Shown here: positions 38,980 to 49,267 of the stretch, one piece after another | Position numbering within the stretch: the stretch's first letter is position 1 | How the letters are laid out: every line of letters starts with the position of its first letter | Origin: an uncultured Acidobacteriota bacterium | Lineage (GTDB): Bacteria; Acidobacteriota; Terriglobia; UBA7540 | DNA: 64,000 nucleotides | NCBI GenBank assembly: GCA_964556705.1 | Contig: CAZKXX010000005.1 | Location: forward strand, 197 to 64,196 | Direction: 5' to 3' | Notes under the pieces: generated by a model | Told to the model about the DNA's origin: nothing | The model's input: only the letters and a program-made list of their open reading frames with translations | Databases searched by the model: none | Made by a program: the position numbers and the translations under genes

Positions 38980-41900
38980 TCACGCGCGGTCGGCGGGGAC
39001 GGCGTCAAGGACTTCGCGGACTTTGCGCTCCAGGGTCTCCGGGGAAAAAGGTTTGGGGAGATATCCGGCGAGGGGATCGCGCACGCCGCGCCGCGCCTGT
39101 TCCTGGTCCGCATATCCGGAGATATAGAGCACGCGAAGGCGGGGATGGAGGGCGCGGGCGTGCTCGGCGAGTTCGTGCCCGCTCATTTCCGGCATGACGA
39201 TGTCGGTGAGGAGGAGGTGCAAGGGCCCGCCGTGCTCGCGCGCGCGGTCCAGCGCTTCGACGCCTCCGCGCGCTTCCAGCACGCGATAGCCGCGGGATTC
39301 CAGCACCATGCGGACGAGGTTGCGCACCGCATCGTCGTCCTCAACCACCAGAATCGTCTCACTCGCCGGGCGCGCCGCCGGGCGATGCCCAGCGAGCCTT
39401 TCCGCGTCGGTGGCCACGCCCACGCGCGGCAGATAGACGCGGAAGACGGTCCCTTCGCCTTTCTGGCTGGACACGGAGACCGAGCCGCCACTCTGCCGAA
39501 CGATGCCGTACACGGTAGCCAACCCCAGGCCCGTCCCCTTTCCCCGGTCCTTGGTGGTGAAGAAGGGCTCGAAAATGTGCGGAAGGATTTCGGGATCGAT
39601 TCCGCAGCCTGTATCGCTGACCGAGAGCGCCACGTACGAACCGGGGGCCAGCGTGGCGTGCTGCGTCGTGTAAGTCTCGGTGAGCTCCACGTTGGCGGTG
39701 GAAATGGTAACGCGTCCGCCCCGGGGCATGGCGTCGCGGGCGTTGACGGTCAGGTTGAGCAGCACCTGGTCAATCTGGCCCGGGTCGGCCTTGACGGGGC
39801 CCAAGTCGGAGGCGAGATCCAGGACAAGCTCCACGTCCTCGCCGATCAGGCGCCGGAGCATCTTGTGCATGTCGCGGATGGCCGCGTTCAGGTCGAGCAC
39901 GTGCGCCTCGACCGGCTGGCGGCGGCTGAAGGCGAGCAACTGCTGGGTGAGCGCGGCGGCGCGGCCTCCCGCTTTGCGGATCTCGTCGAGATAGTCCCGC
40001 GCGCGGCCTTGCGGGGGGAGGATGGCCTGCAACAGTTCGCTGTAACCGGTGATGGCCGTGAGCAGGTTGTTAAAATCGTGCGCGACGCCGCCCGCCAGGC
40101 GTCCCAGGGCTTCCATCTTTTGCACCTGGCGGAGCTGCTCCTGAAGCGCGCGCTCGCGCGTCACGTCACGTTCGACGGCAACGTAATAGGCGGGCCGCCC
40201 GGCGGCGTCGCGCACCGGGGAAATGACCGCTTCAGTTTCGACCAGGCTTCCGTCCTTCGTCCGGTTGATGAAGCACCCCGCCCACACTTCTCCCGCCTCG
40301 ATCGTTTGCCACAAGTGCCGATAGTAGGCGTCGTCCTGCCGTCCGCTCTTGAGGAAGCGGGGGTTCTTCCCCACGGCTTCCGCGCGCGTGTAGCCGGTGA
40401 CGCGCTCGAAGGAGGGGTTGACGTAAACAATTGTTCCGTCGAGTTCGGTAATCACGACACACTCGGCCGTGTTCTCGACCGCCGAGGCCAGCCGGCGGTG
40501 CTCTTCCTCCAGACGCTTGCGCTCCGTGATGTCTTCCAGCACGCCGACGAAGCCGGTGTGCCGGCCCTGCGCGTCGCGAAGGGGCGCGACGGAAAGGTTT
40601 ACGAGCACGGGCGAACCATCTTTCCGACGGCGCCACACTTCGATCCCCTTCACACCGTTCGCGTCCAAAGTCCTGCGCAGGATGGTTTCGAACTCGGCTT
40701 TCTTCTCCTCAGGAATGAAAGGAAGCGGGCGTCCCACCACTTCTTCGGCCTGCCACCCGAAGGTCTGCTCGGCGGCCGAGTTCCAGAGTTTTACGGTTCC
40801 GTCCGGCGCAATCACGTTGACGGCGACGGGCGAGGCTTCGATGATGGCGCGCAGCATTTCGCTCGATTCGTGCAGCGCGCGTTCGGTGAGAAGGCGGGGG
40901 CGGAGGTCGCGGAGAGCCGCATAGACGAGCGGCCCAGCGGACGTGTCCAAGCGGCTGAGGCTGATTTCGACGGGCACCTCGCCGCCCTCGGCCGAGAGGA
41001 CTTCGGCTTCCGCGGGCGTGTCCGGCGAAGCCGCGGCGTCGTCCCCGAGGCAGAGTTCATGCCGCCGGCGCAACTCATCGCGCAGGCGCTCCGGGAAGAG
41101 TCCCTCGAACGGCTGGCCGAGCATGTCCTCGTCCCGGAAGCCGAACAGTTGCCGCGCCCGCCGATTCAGGAAGACGATCCGCGCCTCGCGGTCCGAGGCC
41201 ACGATGGGGTGCAGTTGAGCCTCCAGCAGGGCGCGGAACCGCTCCTGTTCAGACTTCCATGCGCCCGCCAAAGTGTGCCGGCGACGGGCCGCGAGCAGGC
41301 CCGCGAGAGCCAGCAGCAGCAGGAGGGTCAGCGCTCCTTCTCGGACCGCCTTGGCGCGAAACTCCGCCATCACCTCTTCAAGGTCCACCTTCTGCACCAG
41401 GCCCCAGCCGGTGGCCGCAATGTGGCGGGTCGCCGCCAGCACCGCGACGCCACGATAGTCGCGGAACTCGCCCTCAACCTGACGGCCTTCCACTGCCGGC
41501 ACGGCCGCCGTGCCACTGTTCCAAGGGAACTGAACGGGCAAGTCCCCTTCTGGCCCGTGGCGGCGAGGAGAAAAGAACTCAACCTCGTTTCCGACGCGGC
41601 GGGCCAGCAACGTCTCGCCCGTCTCCGTCACCTCCCAGCGCGGCAGGAGGAGCGGATACAAGCTGGAGTCAGGATCCATTCTCAGCACGACCGCGCCCAG
41701 AGGCTTCGGCGGGAGCGCGCCAGCCGTCACCCGGGCCGCGTCGGAGACGGGAACGCCGACGCTGGCGAGACCGCCGGGGGTCATTTCGATCCGCCACCGG
41801 TTCCCTTCCATGACCTGACGCGCCAGTTCCTGGTTCTCCGCATCGAGGGGCGCACCCCGCGCGGTGCGGGCGACGGTCTCACCCTGCCGATTGACGACCT

Positions 41901-42291
41901 GTATGTCGCGGTAGCCGTAGGCGGCCGCCACATGGTCCAGGATTGATGAAAGGTGGCTCGCCTCAGCGTGAGCCCTTCGGGCGCCGGGACGGGAAGCGAG
42001 GATCTTCACGACCGTCGGAAAGCCCGCCACGACTTCCGCGTCCGCCTTTCTCTCCTTCAACCACACGGCGACGAGCTGGGCTTTTTCGTCGGCCAGGCCG
42101 GAAAGGCGGGACTTCCACGACTCCGTCGTCTCGATGCGCAGGCTGTGAAAGAGGTACGCGACGTAGGCGGCGCCGGCGAGGACGGCCAGCACAAACACCA
42201 GAACGTAATGACCCCAGGCCGCATCGGCGACCGGCGAGAACGTCCGCCGCCGGGATGGGTCCCGACCACCGATGGGCCTGACGGTCTTCAC
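38980..42291 (-). CDS. hybrid sensor histidine kinase: TM, periplasmic Cache-like domain, TM, about 3 PAS, HisKA, HATPase_c, receiver
   Basis: It has the H-box [17 protein letters not shown], the N/G boxes ([23 protein letters not shown]) and the receiver ILVVEDDD...[13 protein letters not shown]. The start is proposed as GTG at 42291 (RBS GGGAGA), because the 113 codons up to the ATG at 42630 are Arg/Pro-rich junk. Confidence 0.85.
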   Translation of the reverse strand: MKTVRPIGGRDPSRRRTFSPVADAAWGHYVLVFVLAVLAGAAYVAYLFHSLRIETTESWKSRLSGLADEKAQLVAVWLKERKADAEVVAGFPTVVKILASRPGARRAHAEASHLSSILDHVAAAYGYRDIQVVNRQGETVARTARGAPLDAENQELARQVMEGNRWRIEMTPGGLASVGVPVSDAARVTAGALPPKPLGAVVLRMDPDSSLYPLLLPRWEVTETGETLLARRVGNEVEFFSPRRHGPEGDLPVQFPWNSGTAAVPAVEGRQVEGEFRDYRGVAVLAATRHIAATGWGLVQKVDLEEVMAEFRAKAVREGALTLLLLLALAGLLAARRRHTLAGAWKSEQERFRALLEAQLHPIVASDREARIVFLNRRARQLFGFRDEDMLGQPFEGLFPERLRDELRRRHELCLGDDAAASPDTPAEAEVLSAEGGEVPVEISLSRLDTSAGPLVYAALRDLRPRLLTERALHESSEMLRAIIEASPVAVNVIAPDGTVKLWNSAAEQTFGWQAEEVVGRPLPFIPEEKKAEFETILRRTLDANGVKGIEVWRRRKDGSPVLVNLSVAPLRDAQGRHTGFVGVLEDITERKRLEEEHRRLASAVENTAECVVITELDGTIVYVNPSFERVTGYTRAEAVGKNPRFLKSGRQDDAYYRHLWQTIEAGEVWAGCFINRTKDGSLVETEAVISPVRDAAGRPAYYVAVERDVTRERALQEQLRQVQKMEALGRLAGGVAHDFNNLLTAITGYSELLQAILPPQGRARDYLDEIRKAGGRAAALTQQLLAFSRRQPVEAHVLDLNAAIRDMHKMLRRLIGEDVELVLDLASDLGPVKADPGQIDQVLLNLTVNARDAMPRGGRVTISTANVELTETYTTQHATLAPGSYVALSVSDTGCGIDPEILPHIFEPFFTTKDRGKGTGLGLATVYGIVRQSGGSVSVSSQKGEGTVFRVYLPRVGVATDAERLAGHRPAARPASETILVVEDDDAVRNLVRMVLESRGYRVLEARGGVEALDRAREHGGPLHLLLTDIVMPEMSGHELAEHARALHPRLRVLYISGYADQEQARRGVRDPLAGYLPKPFSPETLERKVREVLDAVPADRA

Positions 42292-42651
42292 TTGATCTGT
42301 GTCTCCCAAGTGCCGGTGCCTCGACGGAGGGGATGGCACCCCTCTTCTTCCCGCTCGACACCCCTCTGCCCCCCCGGCGCGCACGCTGGCTCCTCTGCCG
42401 CGCGGCGAAGGTTCAATGGCGCTTATCACATGACGTATCGGCGGAATTTCAAACAGTCTTGAGTTGAGGCTGGGCCTCGGGCTTTTTGACCGTCGTTCCC
42501 CGCGCCGGCGATTTCGCCGCGACGCGAGGGAGTTGGCTTCAGTTAGGAAGGCCCGGACCGCGGGTTTAGGCCGTCTTCTTGACTCGAAGATGCGTGAGGG
42601 AGGACATCCGGCGGCGGCGTGCGGGCTCAAGCTCTGGAGCGCGGGTGCGAT

Positions 42652-43491
42652 TTACGCTTCGCGCTCGTAGCGGACGCCATAGAGGTGTCGCGCGGGTCCG
42701 CTGTTTTCGAACCGCCGCGCGACGCGCCCGCGCATTTCGGGGTTCTGGCCGGAGGGATCGTAGGGGCAGGTCACCATCAACGCCTCGCCGACTTCGTAAA
42801 CCTTCTCGCTGGTGAAGGCGAGACCGACGCGCGAGACGTTCTCACTTCGCGTCAGTTCCTCGTTGCCGTACCAGCTTCGCACGCGCAGGGGAAGGCGCAT
42901 GAGCGAGCGGGGCGCGGCGCGGCGCGAGCCCTCCGCCTGATCCAACTGGAGAATTTCGCGGAAGACGCGGTCCATTTCCGGCCCCGGCGCAGGCATCCCC
43001 ACCTGCTTTTCCACGTGTCCCCACGGCGTGGATTTCCCGCACCCGCCGCACTCGCGCGTCAGCAGGCCGGAGGCCTGGAGGACATCCACTTCCACCAGCG
43101 ACAGGCGGGAGAGCTGGACTTCGTGACATCGCCGGCATTCCAGCAGCACGCTGCACGCCTGCTCGCCTCCGTTGGCAGGGGGAAATTCGATTCCCCAGAC
43201 GTTGCGGCTTTCCTCGAGGCATTCAACGCCCCATTCGCCGCCCTTCTGGGTGGGAGGCTGGGTTGGGCCGACGACACGGAACTCCGCCCGCTGATTGGCG
43301 ACCAGGTTGGTAACGCGCACCGTCTCCCCGGAGTTGAGGAATCGCGCCAGTTGAATTCGCGCCCCGTGACGGTTCACGGCGAGCGTCCGCGTTGTATCCG
43401 CGAACGGGTGGCCGTTGCGGTCTTTTCCTTCCACACGGATCGGGATGGTGATCAGAAGGCGTTCGCTGCGGCGCCTGAGAGAAACATTCAT
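42652..43491 (-). CDS. PilZ-like + 4-Cys zinc ribbon + canonical PilZ protein
   Basis: The N-terminal domain has RRRSER...AVNRHGARI. The ribbon is ECRRC-x24-CGGC. The C-terminal domain has RAAPR...LPLRVRS...SENVSRVGL. It is collinear with 31569..32405. Confidence 0.75.
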   Translation of the reverse strand: MNVSLRRRSERLLITIPIRVEGKDRNGHPFADTTRTLAVNRHGARIQLARFLNSGETVRVTNLVANQRAEFRVVGPTQPPTQKGGEWGVECLEESRNVWGIEFPPANGGEQACSVLLECRRCHEVQLSRLSLVEVDVLQASGLLTRECGGCGKSTPWGHVEKQVGMPAPGPEMDRVFREILQLDQAEGSRRAAPRSLMRLPLRVRSWYGNEELTRSENVSRVGLAFTSEKVYEVGEALMVTCPYDPSGQNPEMRGRVARRFENSGPARHLYGVRYEREA

Positions 43492-43782
43492 GGCAGAATC
43501 ATCCGGCGTTGCCGAACCTTTCTCTGAAGACGTTCAGTTTAGGGCGACTGGAGGGCGAAATCAAGACGCTTTGGGCGCGGATCACCACCTGCGCCGTAGT
43601 CCGGCGTCTCGCTTTCTTGTGGCCCGAACCGCGCGCGGCCGCGTCGGGGCGCGGCCGGCGACTTGTTGTCGCGGCGCAGGAAGGACGTTGACGCTTCGCG
43701 AGCTCGCAAGGTATCTTGCGGAGCGCGCCCGAAGCCCGCAGGCATGCCGGTCCGATCCCGTCGGAGGCAGGAAGGACACCCG

Positions 43783-44703
43783 ATGAAACTCCACCACGTG
43801 GTCGAAGCCCAGCAGTTTGACCAGGCCACGCTGCTCGACCTGCTCCAGACCGCCGCCGAGATGGAAAAGCTGGTCGAGCAGGGGGGCAGCAACCAGTTCC
43901 ACAACCGAATTATGGCCACGCTCTTCTACGAGCCCTCGACGCGCACCCGCTTTTCGTTTGAGACGGCGATGCTGCGGCTGGGCGGGCGCGTCATCTCCAC
44001 CGAAAACGCCGCGATGTTTTCCTCCGTCGCCAAGGGCGAAACGCTCGAGGACACGGTGCGCATGTTGAACGGCTACGCCGACGTCATCGTGATCCGGCAC
44101 TTCGAGGTCGGCGCCGCGAAGCGCGCCGCCGCGGTCTCGCGCGTCCCTGTCATCAACGCCGGAGACGGCGTCGGGCAGCACCCCACGCAGGCCCTCCTCG
44201 ACCTCTACACGATTCGCAAGGAAATCGGCCACATCGACGGACTGCGCATCGCCATGGTCGGCGACCTCGCGCAGGGCCGCACCGTCCGCTCGCTCGCCTA
44301 CCTGTTGAGCAAATTCCGCGGCGTGAGAATTTACTTCGTCGCGCCGGCGCTGCTGAAAATGAAGGAAGACATCCTCGAACACCTGCGCGAGAAACACGTC
44401 GAGTATGTCGAAGAAACTTCGCTCGAGAAAGTCCTTCCGGAAGTGGAGGTGGTCTATCAGACCCGCGTGCAGAAGGAGCGCTTCGGCGACCGCATCGCCG
44501 ACTACGAGCAGTGCCGCGGAGTTTACGTCCTGACCGCCGAAAGCCTCCGGCTCATGAAACCGAACGCCATCATCATGCACCCGCTGCCGCGCCTCGACGA
44601 AATCGCCATGGAAGTGGACCAGGATCCGCGCGCTGCCTATTTCCGTCAGGCGCAGAACGGGCTCTACGTCCGCATGGCACTGCTGGCGAACGTCCTCGGA
44701 TAA
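43783..44703 (+). CDS. pyrB: aspartate carbamoyltransferase catalytic subunit
   Basis: It carries the STRTR, HPTQ and HPLPR motifs. The ATG at 43783 follows GGAGGCAGGAAGGA. Confidence 0.9.
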   Translation: MKLHHVVEAQQFDQATLLDLLQTAAEMEKLVEQGGSNQFHNRIMATLFYEPSTRTRFSFETAMLRLGGRVISTENAAMFSSVAKGETLEDTVRMLNGYADVIVIRHFEVGAAKRAAAVSRVPVINAGDGVGQHPTQALLDLYTIRKEIGHIDGLRIAMVGDLAQGRTVRSLAYLLSKFRGVRIYFVAPALLKMKEDILEHLREKHVEYVEETSLEKVLPEVEVVYQTRVQKERFGDRIADYEQCRGVYVLTAESLRLMKPNAIIMHPLPRLDEIAMEVDQDPRAAYFRQAQNGLYVRMALLANVLG

Positions 44704-44822
44704 TTTGTCACCACGGGCCGACGCTCACCCCTCGCCCAACTTTCGCGGGACTTTGGTACTGGTACCGGAGTGCCGTTGAATTGCCGATAGACTACGGAGA
44801 CAATCGCGCTGTCAAAACGACC

Positions 44823-45248
44823 ATGACGGCGCGAAAAACAAAGAAGCCGAAAGGCCAGGGAGTGATGGCTATGTCCATTGGAATGAGAATCCGCCGATTA
44901 CGGGAGCAGAAGGGACTTTCTCAGGGCGACATCGAGCGGGTGACGGGGTTGCTGCGCTGCTACACATCGCGCGTCGAGAACGGGCACACGGTGCCGTCCA
45001 TTGAGACGCTCGAGCGCTTTGCCGTGGCGCTGGACATTCCCCTCTACCAGCTCTTCTATTCGGGCGGTGAGGACGATCCCACGCCCAACCTTGCGCCCCG
45101 TAAGACGCTGGAGGAACTCGCTGCGGAGGACACCAAGGAAGGGTCTGACGCGCGCTTTCTGCTCAAGTTAAAGGGTTTGGTCGAGAAGATTACGGAAGCG
45201 GACCGGCAAGTGCTGCTGGCCATGGCCAAGAAGCTGGCCGCTCGCTAA
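44823..45248 (+). CDS. XRE family helix-turn-helix transcriptional regulator
   Basis: It has IRRLREQKGLSQGDIERVTGLLRCYTSRVENGHTVPSIETLERFAVALDIPLYQLF. The start could also be the downstream MAMSIG. Confidence 0.7.
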   Translation: MTARKTKKPKGQGVMAMSIGMRIRRLREQKGLSQGDIERVTGLLRCYTSRVENGHTVPSIETLERFAVALDIPLYQLFYSGGEDDPTPNLAPRKTLEELAAEDTKEGSDARFLLKLKGLVEKITEADRQVLLAMAKKLAAR

Positions 45249-45255
45249 GTCTCGC

Positions 45256-45324
45256 GCCTGCCTTTCCGGGGGCAGGCATCCCTCCCACGGCGGGGAACGC
45301 GACGCTCAACGGGTCGCGCTCCCC
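45256..45324. terminator. two GC-rich hairpins between convergent genes (possible bidirectional terminator)
   Basis: The hairpins are gcctgcc-tttccggg-ggcaggc (45256-45277) and ggggaacgcgac-gctcaacgg-gtcgcgctcccc (45292-45324). Neither has a clear T-tract. Confidence 0.35.
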
Positions 45325-45331
45325 GCTCCCT

Positions 45332-45859
45332 TCACTCCTTATCGTAAATGAAGCGGACGTGCTCGTCGGCCGCTTCCCGTTCAGTGGCTTTGGCGGGCGT
45401 GGCGCCTGCGAATGAGCGGAGGAAGTTGACGAGGTTCCACTTCTGCCTCTCGCGCATCCGCTCTCCCTGCGCCGGCATCACCTCCGATCCCTGGCCAAGA
45501 ATTGCAAACAGTTCGCCGTCCGTGCGCTTCTCGAGCGCCTTGGGCTTCGTGAAATCGGGCGGTGAAATCCCCATGTCTTCGACCGCCTCGCCTTTGCCGT
45601 CCCCGCGGTCGCCGTGGCACATGGCACACTGGGTCATGTAGAGCTTCCGGCCGCGCTCGACGGAGACGTCGGTGTAGCGAATCGGATTTTTGCGGGCTGC
45701 CTCCTCGGGCGAAATCTTAAACGTGTGGACCGTCGGCGTGTCCACGGCCGCGGGCGCGCCTTCGGCGGGCGGCTTCTGTTCGTCCTGCGGCTTCTCCTGA
45801 GCGGCAAGGCTCAGCGCCAGAACCAGGATAGCCAAGCCAATCCACGTTTTGCGCGTCAT
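45332..45859 (-). CDS. secreted monohaem c-type cytochrome
   Basis: It has a signal peptide, the CAMCHG haem motif and a distal MP. Confidence 0.75.
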   Translation of the reverse strand: MTRKTWIGLAILVLALSLAAQEKPQDEQKPPAEGAPAAVDTPTVHTFKISPEEAARKNPIRYTDVSVERGRKLYMTQCAMCHGDRGDGKGEAVEDMGISPPDFTKPKALEKRTDGELFAILGQGSEVMPAQGERMRERQKWNLVNFLRSFAGATPAKATEREAADEHVRFIYDKE

Positions 45860-46091
45860 ACGTCACCCCCGGCGGGGGTTCAATCCTCTCGCGCCCAATC
45901 CCGGCAAGAGTCGCCGAGATTGGGTGTTTTTGAACCACCTCATCCTCTTTCCAGCAATTCCCATGCCCCGCTTGATATTGATCAGGAGAGAGGAGTACAG
46001 GCAAGGAGGCTATTTCGCGGAAATCTGCGACATAAAGTCCTTAACCATGCACTCTGGACGGTGCGGCGCGGGAAAGACGAATTGTCCAGAG

Positions 46092-46125
46092 AGAAAAAGG
46101 GCCCGCGCGATGCACCACGCGGGCC
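46092..46125 (-). terminator. rho-independent terminator
   Basis: On the minus strand ggcccgcg-tggtgcat-cgcgggcc is followed by CTTTTTCT. It begins 5 nt after the TGA at 46130-46132. Confidence 0.65.
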
Positions 46126-46129
46126 TGGG

Positions 46130-46324
46130 TCAGGTTATGCTCATTTTGTCGGTTGGCTCAGACAGCGCCTTTCGTCGGGACCTCATCTGAAACCAACCGA
46201 ATACCCCGCTCGACTCAGCCTCGCCCTCCGCGTGCTGCGCTTTGGTGTTCTTTCCGCATCCGGCAGCCGCAGGCACCATTGCCAGACAAAGGGACAAGGC
46301 ATGATGATACCTGCGATTTCGCAT
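46130..46324 (-). CDS. small putative lipoprotein (64 aa)
   Basis: The sequence MRNRRYHHALSLCLAMVPAAAGCGKNT contains a lipobox, and a strong terminator follows directly. The RBS is weak and local GC is lower than average. Confidence 0.4.
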   Translation of the reverse strand: MRNRRYHHALSLCLAMVPAAAGCGKNTKAQHAEGEAESSGVFGWFQMRSRRKALSEPTDKMSIT

Positions 46325-46514
46325 TTTCAACCCTGCCATACTCTCTCGAATTCGATCCGCTCCGCCCTGGGGCGGTCTGGTCATGCAATCCCCTGCCTAG
46401 GTTTCTGCCAGGCTCGCCACCAAACCGTTCGGAACGCAATCAAGTCATTTATTGTCAGCAGGATGATGGATATTCAGGTAGCACGCGAACCGCACCATAA
46501 GGCATGTAAGTTTT

Positions 46515-47297
46515 TCAGTCATGAGGCGAGGCTGAGGTTGTGCCGTGCAGTCCCGCTTTGCGGCGGGGTTCTTCCAGGCACTCAACTCGTTCATGCTGCA
46601 TCGAGTCGAGGTCCATGACAAAGCAATTGGCGACGAAGGCCAGCGCGTCGTCTTCGGTGCGGCAATTATCGAGCAGCGTCCGCACGTGAAGCTGGCGGCC
46701 TTCGACGCGAACCACTTCATAGCCCAGCGGGCTGGCGGGGGTGAAGAGTCGCCGAGTTTGCCCGGCGCGGCCGTCGAATAAGGCGACGGCATAACTGCAA
46801 TCGTCGTGGACATTGCCGGCGGCGCGCAACTCGTCCACCCACAGGAGTTCGTGCAGGCGGAAGGGCTCGCTTTCCCAGGGCAGCGTCGGGTCGAGCGCCA
46901 CGGCCCGGCGTTCCGGTGCACCCGGCGCGCGCGCCCAGTCTTCTTCATCGAGGACGGCGAAGTGCTCGCCCGGGCTCCACGAAACTGCCTTAAACAACTC
47001 TGCCGGTTCGGCCGGCCGCGCGTCCGCTGACCAGCCGTACACGTCCGCGAACTCCACGCTGGCGCGCGGCTGCGAAGCGCCCACCGCGAAGAAAATGACC
47101 CTGTAGCGAACGTGGCTGATGCGGTCGATGCTTTCGGCGGACTCGGCGAGAGGATAGCGAACATGCTGAAGCTCTTCGAAAGTCACTTCGTAGCGGCCGC
47201 CCGGGGAGCGAAAGCGCGCGGTTTCTGCGCCGCGAGCCGCAAGCCCCAGGACCAGGACCACGAACGAAGCAAGCGTGAATGAACCTGTCAGGCGCAT
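46515..47297 (-). CDS. secreted hypothetical protein (260 aa)
   Basis: The ATG at 47297 gives MRLTGSFTLASFVVLVLGLAARGAE, and GC3 is high. The listed ORF extension to 47789 overlaps the upstream epimerase gene and is Arg/Pro junk. Confidence 0.55.
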   Translation of the reverse strand: MRLTGSFTLASFVVLVLGLAARGAETARFRSPGGRYEVTFEELQHVRYPLAESAESIDRISHVRYRVIFFAVGASQPRASVEFADVYGWSADARPAEPAELFKAVSWSPGEHFAVLDEEDWARAPGAPERRAVALDPTLPWESEPFRLHELLWVDELRAAGNVHDDCSYAVALFDGRAGQTRRLFTPASPLGYEVVRVEGRQLHVRTLLDNCRTEDDALAFVANCFVMDLDSMQHERVECLEEPRRKAGLHGTTSASPHD

Positions 47298-47314
47298 GAT
47301 GGGAACGCGCGGAG

Positions 47315-48208
47315 CTACTTTCCCAAAAGGTGCCGGAGGGCCGGCTCGAGTTCGGGGTAACGGAACGCGAAGCCCGCGGCCGCGAGGCGCGCGGGGACGA
47401 CGCGCGTGCTGGCGAGCAGGAGGGCTTCTGCCATTTCGCCGAGAACCAGTTTCAGCATAAAAGCCGGTGCGGGAAATAGGGTGGGGCGGCTGAGGACGCG
47501 ACCAAGCACCTTCGTGAACTCGGCGTTGGTGAGGGGATTGGGCGCCACGGCGTTCACGGGGCCGCGCAGCGGTTCCGTCGTGAGCGCCAGCCGGTAGACG
47601 TCCAGCAGGTCGTCCATTGAAATCCAGCTCCACCACTGGCGGCCGCTGCCCACGCGCCCGCCGACCCCGAGGCGGAAAGGCGTCAGCATGCGCGCCAGCG
47701 CGCCACCTTTCGGCGAAAGCACGATGCCCGTGCGAAGCCGCACCACCCGCACACCGCGGTCTTCGGCCGGCCGCGTTGCGTTCTCCCATTCGACAGCAAC
47801 TTGAGAAAGGAAATCATTCCCGGGCGGACTTTCTTCGGTCAGCGGCTCGTCGCCGCGATCGCCGTAATAGCCGATGGCTGAAGAGCAGACCAGAACTTTC
47901 GGCGGCTGTGACAATCGCGCAAGCGCTTCAGCCAGCAGCGTCGTCCCCGTGACGCGGCTGGAGCGGATTTTTTCCTTCACGGAGGCCGTCCAGCGGCCCG
48001 CAGCAATGTTGTGCCCCGCGAGGTGAACGACGGCGTCGTGCCCTTCCAGCCCCGCAGAGTCAATGTGACCCGACGCGGGGTCCCAATGGACCTCGCCCGG
48101 TTGCGCCGCGTGGCGGACGATTCGAGCAACAGAGTGTCCTGCGGCAGTCAGGTGCGGCAGGAGCGCCGAGCCGATCAGGCCCGTCGAGCCGGTGACCAGA
48201 ATCTTCAT
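47315..48208 (-). CDS. TIGR01777-type NAD-dependent epimerase/dehydratase (SDR39U1/DUF1731-like)
   Basis: The ATG at 48208 follows GGAGGAGGGAGG and gives MKILVTGSTGLIGSAL. The C-terminus has the DUF1731-like ARLAAAGFAFRYPEL. Confidence 0.75.
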   Translation of the reverse strand: MKILVTGSTGLIGSALLPHLTAAGHSVARIVRHAAQPGEVHWDPASGHIDSAGLEGHDAVVHLAGHNIAAGRWTASVKEKIRSSRVTGTTLLAEALARLSQPPKVLVCSSAIGYYGDRGDEPLTEESPPGNDFLSQVAVEWENATRPAEDRGVRVVRLRTGIVLSPKGGALARMLTPFRLGVGGRVGSGRQWWSWISMDDLLDVYRLALTTEPLRGPVNAVAPNPLTNAEFTKVLGRVLSRPTLFPAPAFMLKLVLGEMAEALLLASTRVVPARLAAAGFAFRYPELEPALRHLLGK

Positions 48209-48656
48209 CGCCCGACCTCCCTCCTGCGCCCGGTGCGACGCGAGGTCCAGCGCGGTCACACGATGGCGATAGGAAAAGGTTCGCCGAAGCCTCGCCCGGA
48301 CGCTGCCGCCCCCTATTATCCTGCCAAGGACGCCGAGGGGCAACGCGGACCCTCGGGAAATGACACGCCGGCATACGACCGAGGCCCCCGAGAGTTGAGG
48401 ACCCTGTCTCAGACGGGATTTCCACGAGAGGTCAGTCAATCACGGCGCTCTCACCCCTCCGGGCGATGAGCGTTTCGAAATGCTGGAGGATTTTGTCGCG
48501 GCGCGCCATCAGCGCCTTGACCTGGTCCCTGGTGAGGTATGGCTTGGATGCGGAAAACAGACGCCGCAAGCCGCATGGGAAAGCATAATGGGGCGTTTGA
48601 ATGTTTACGGGTATAATCCGCCTTCGCCCGGCGGGGTGGGAAGGAGTGCGGAGGCG

Positions 48657-49217
48657 ATGGAATGGCTGGCGGCGGCGGTCGTGGCGGCGGCGTTAGTTTC
48701 CGGGGTCGTGATTTACAACGGCCTCGTCAAGCTGCGCGTGCAGGCGGAAAGCGCCTGGGCGGACATCGACGTGCAACTGAAGCGCCGGCACGACCTGGTG
48801 CCGAATCTGGTGGAGACGGTCAAGGGCTACGCCGCTCACGAGCGCGCCACCTTCGAGCGCGTGACGGAAGCGCGAACCAGGGCGCTAGCCGGCGGAGGAC
48901 CGGCGGCGCGCGCCGAAGCCGAAGGCGCGCTGACGGCCGCATTGAAATCGCTCTTCGCGCTGGCGGAAAACTATCCGCAGTTGCGCGCGGTCCAGAATTT
49001 CATGCAACTTCAGGAGGAAATCAGCCGCGTCGAAGACCACATTCAGAACGCGCGGCGCTATTACAACGCCGTGGTGCGCGACCTCAATACGCGCATCCAG
49101 CAGTTCCCTTCCAACCTGGTTGCCACGTTGTTTTCCTTTCAGCCGCGCGAGTTCTTCGAGGCGCGGGGCGTCGAGCGCGAATCGCCCGACGTGCATTTCC
49201 GCTCCGACCGCTCCTGA
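48657..49217 (+). CDS. LemA family protein
   Basis: It has an N-terminal TM segment, then YNGLVKLRVQAESAWADIDVQLKRRHDLVPNLVETVKGYAAHE and ENYPQLRA... Confidence 0.8.
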   Translation: MEWLAAAVVAAALVSGVVIYNGLVKLRVQAESAWADIDVQLKRRHDLVPNLVETVKGYAAHERATFERVTEARTRALAGGGPAARAEAEGALTAALKSLFALAENYPQLRAVQNFMQLQEEISRVEDHIQNARRYYNAVVRDLNTRIQQFPSNLVATLFSFQPREFFEARGVERESPDVHFRSDRS

Positions 49218-49267
49218 GTCCTTGCGACCCGTATCCCTTTCCTGCGACCTCGGTATAGAATAAGGCG

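Noticed and set aside
45849-46190. A 113-aa plus-strand ORF in the low-GC patch.
   Set aside because: It has no RBS and poor codon bias, and it runs through the minus-strand terminator hairpin. It is not convincing as a gene.
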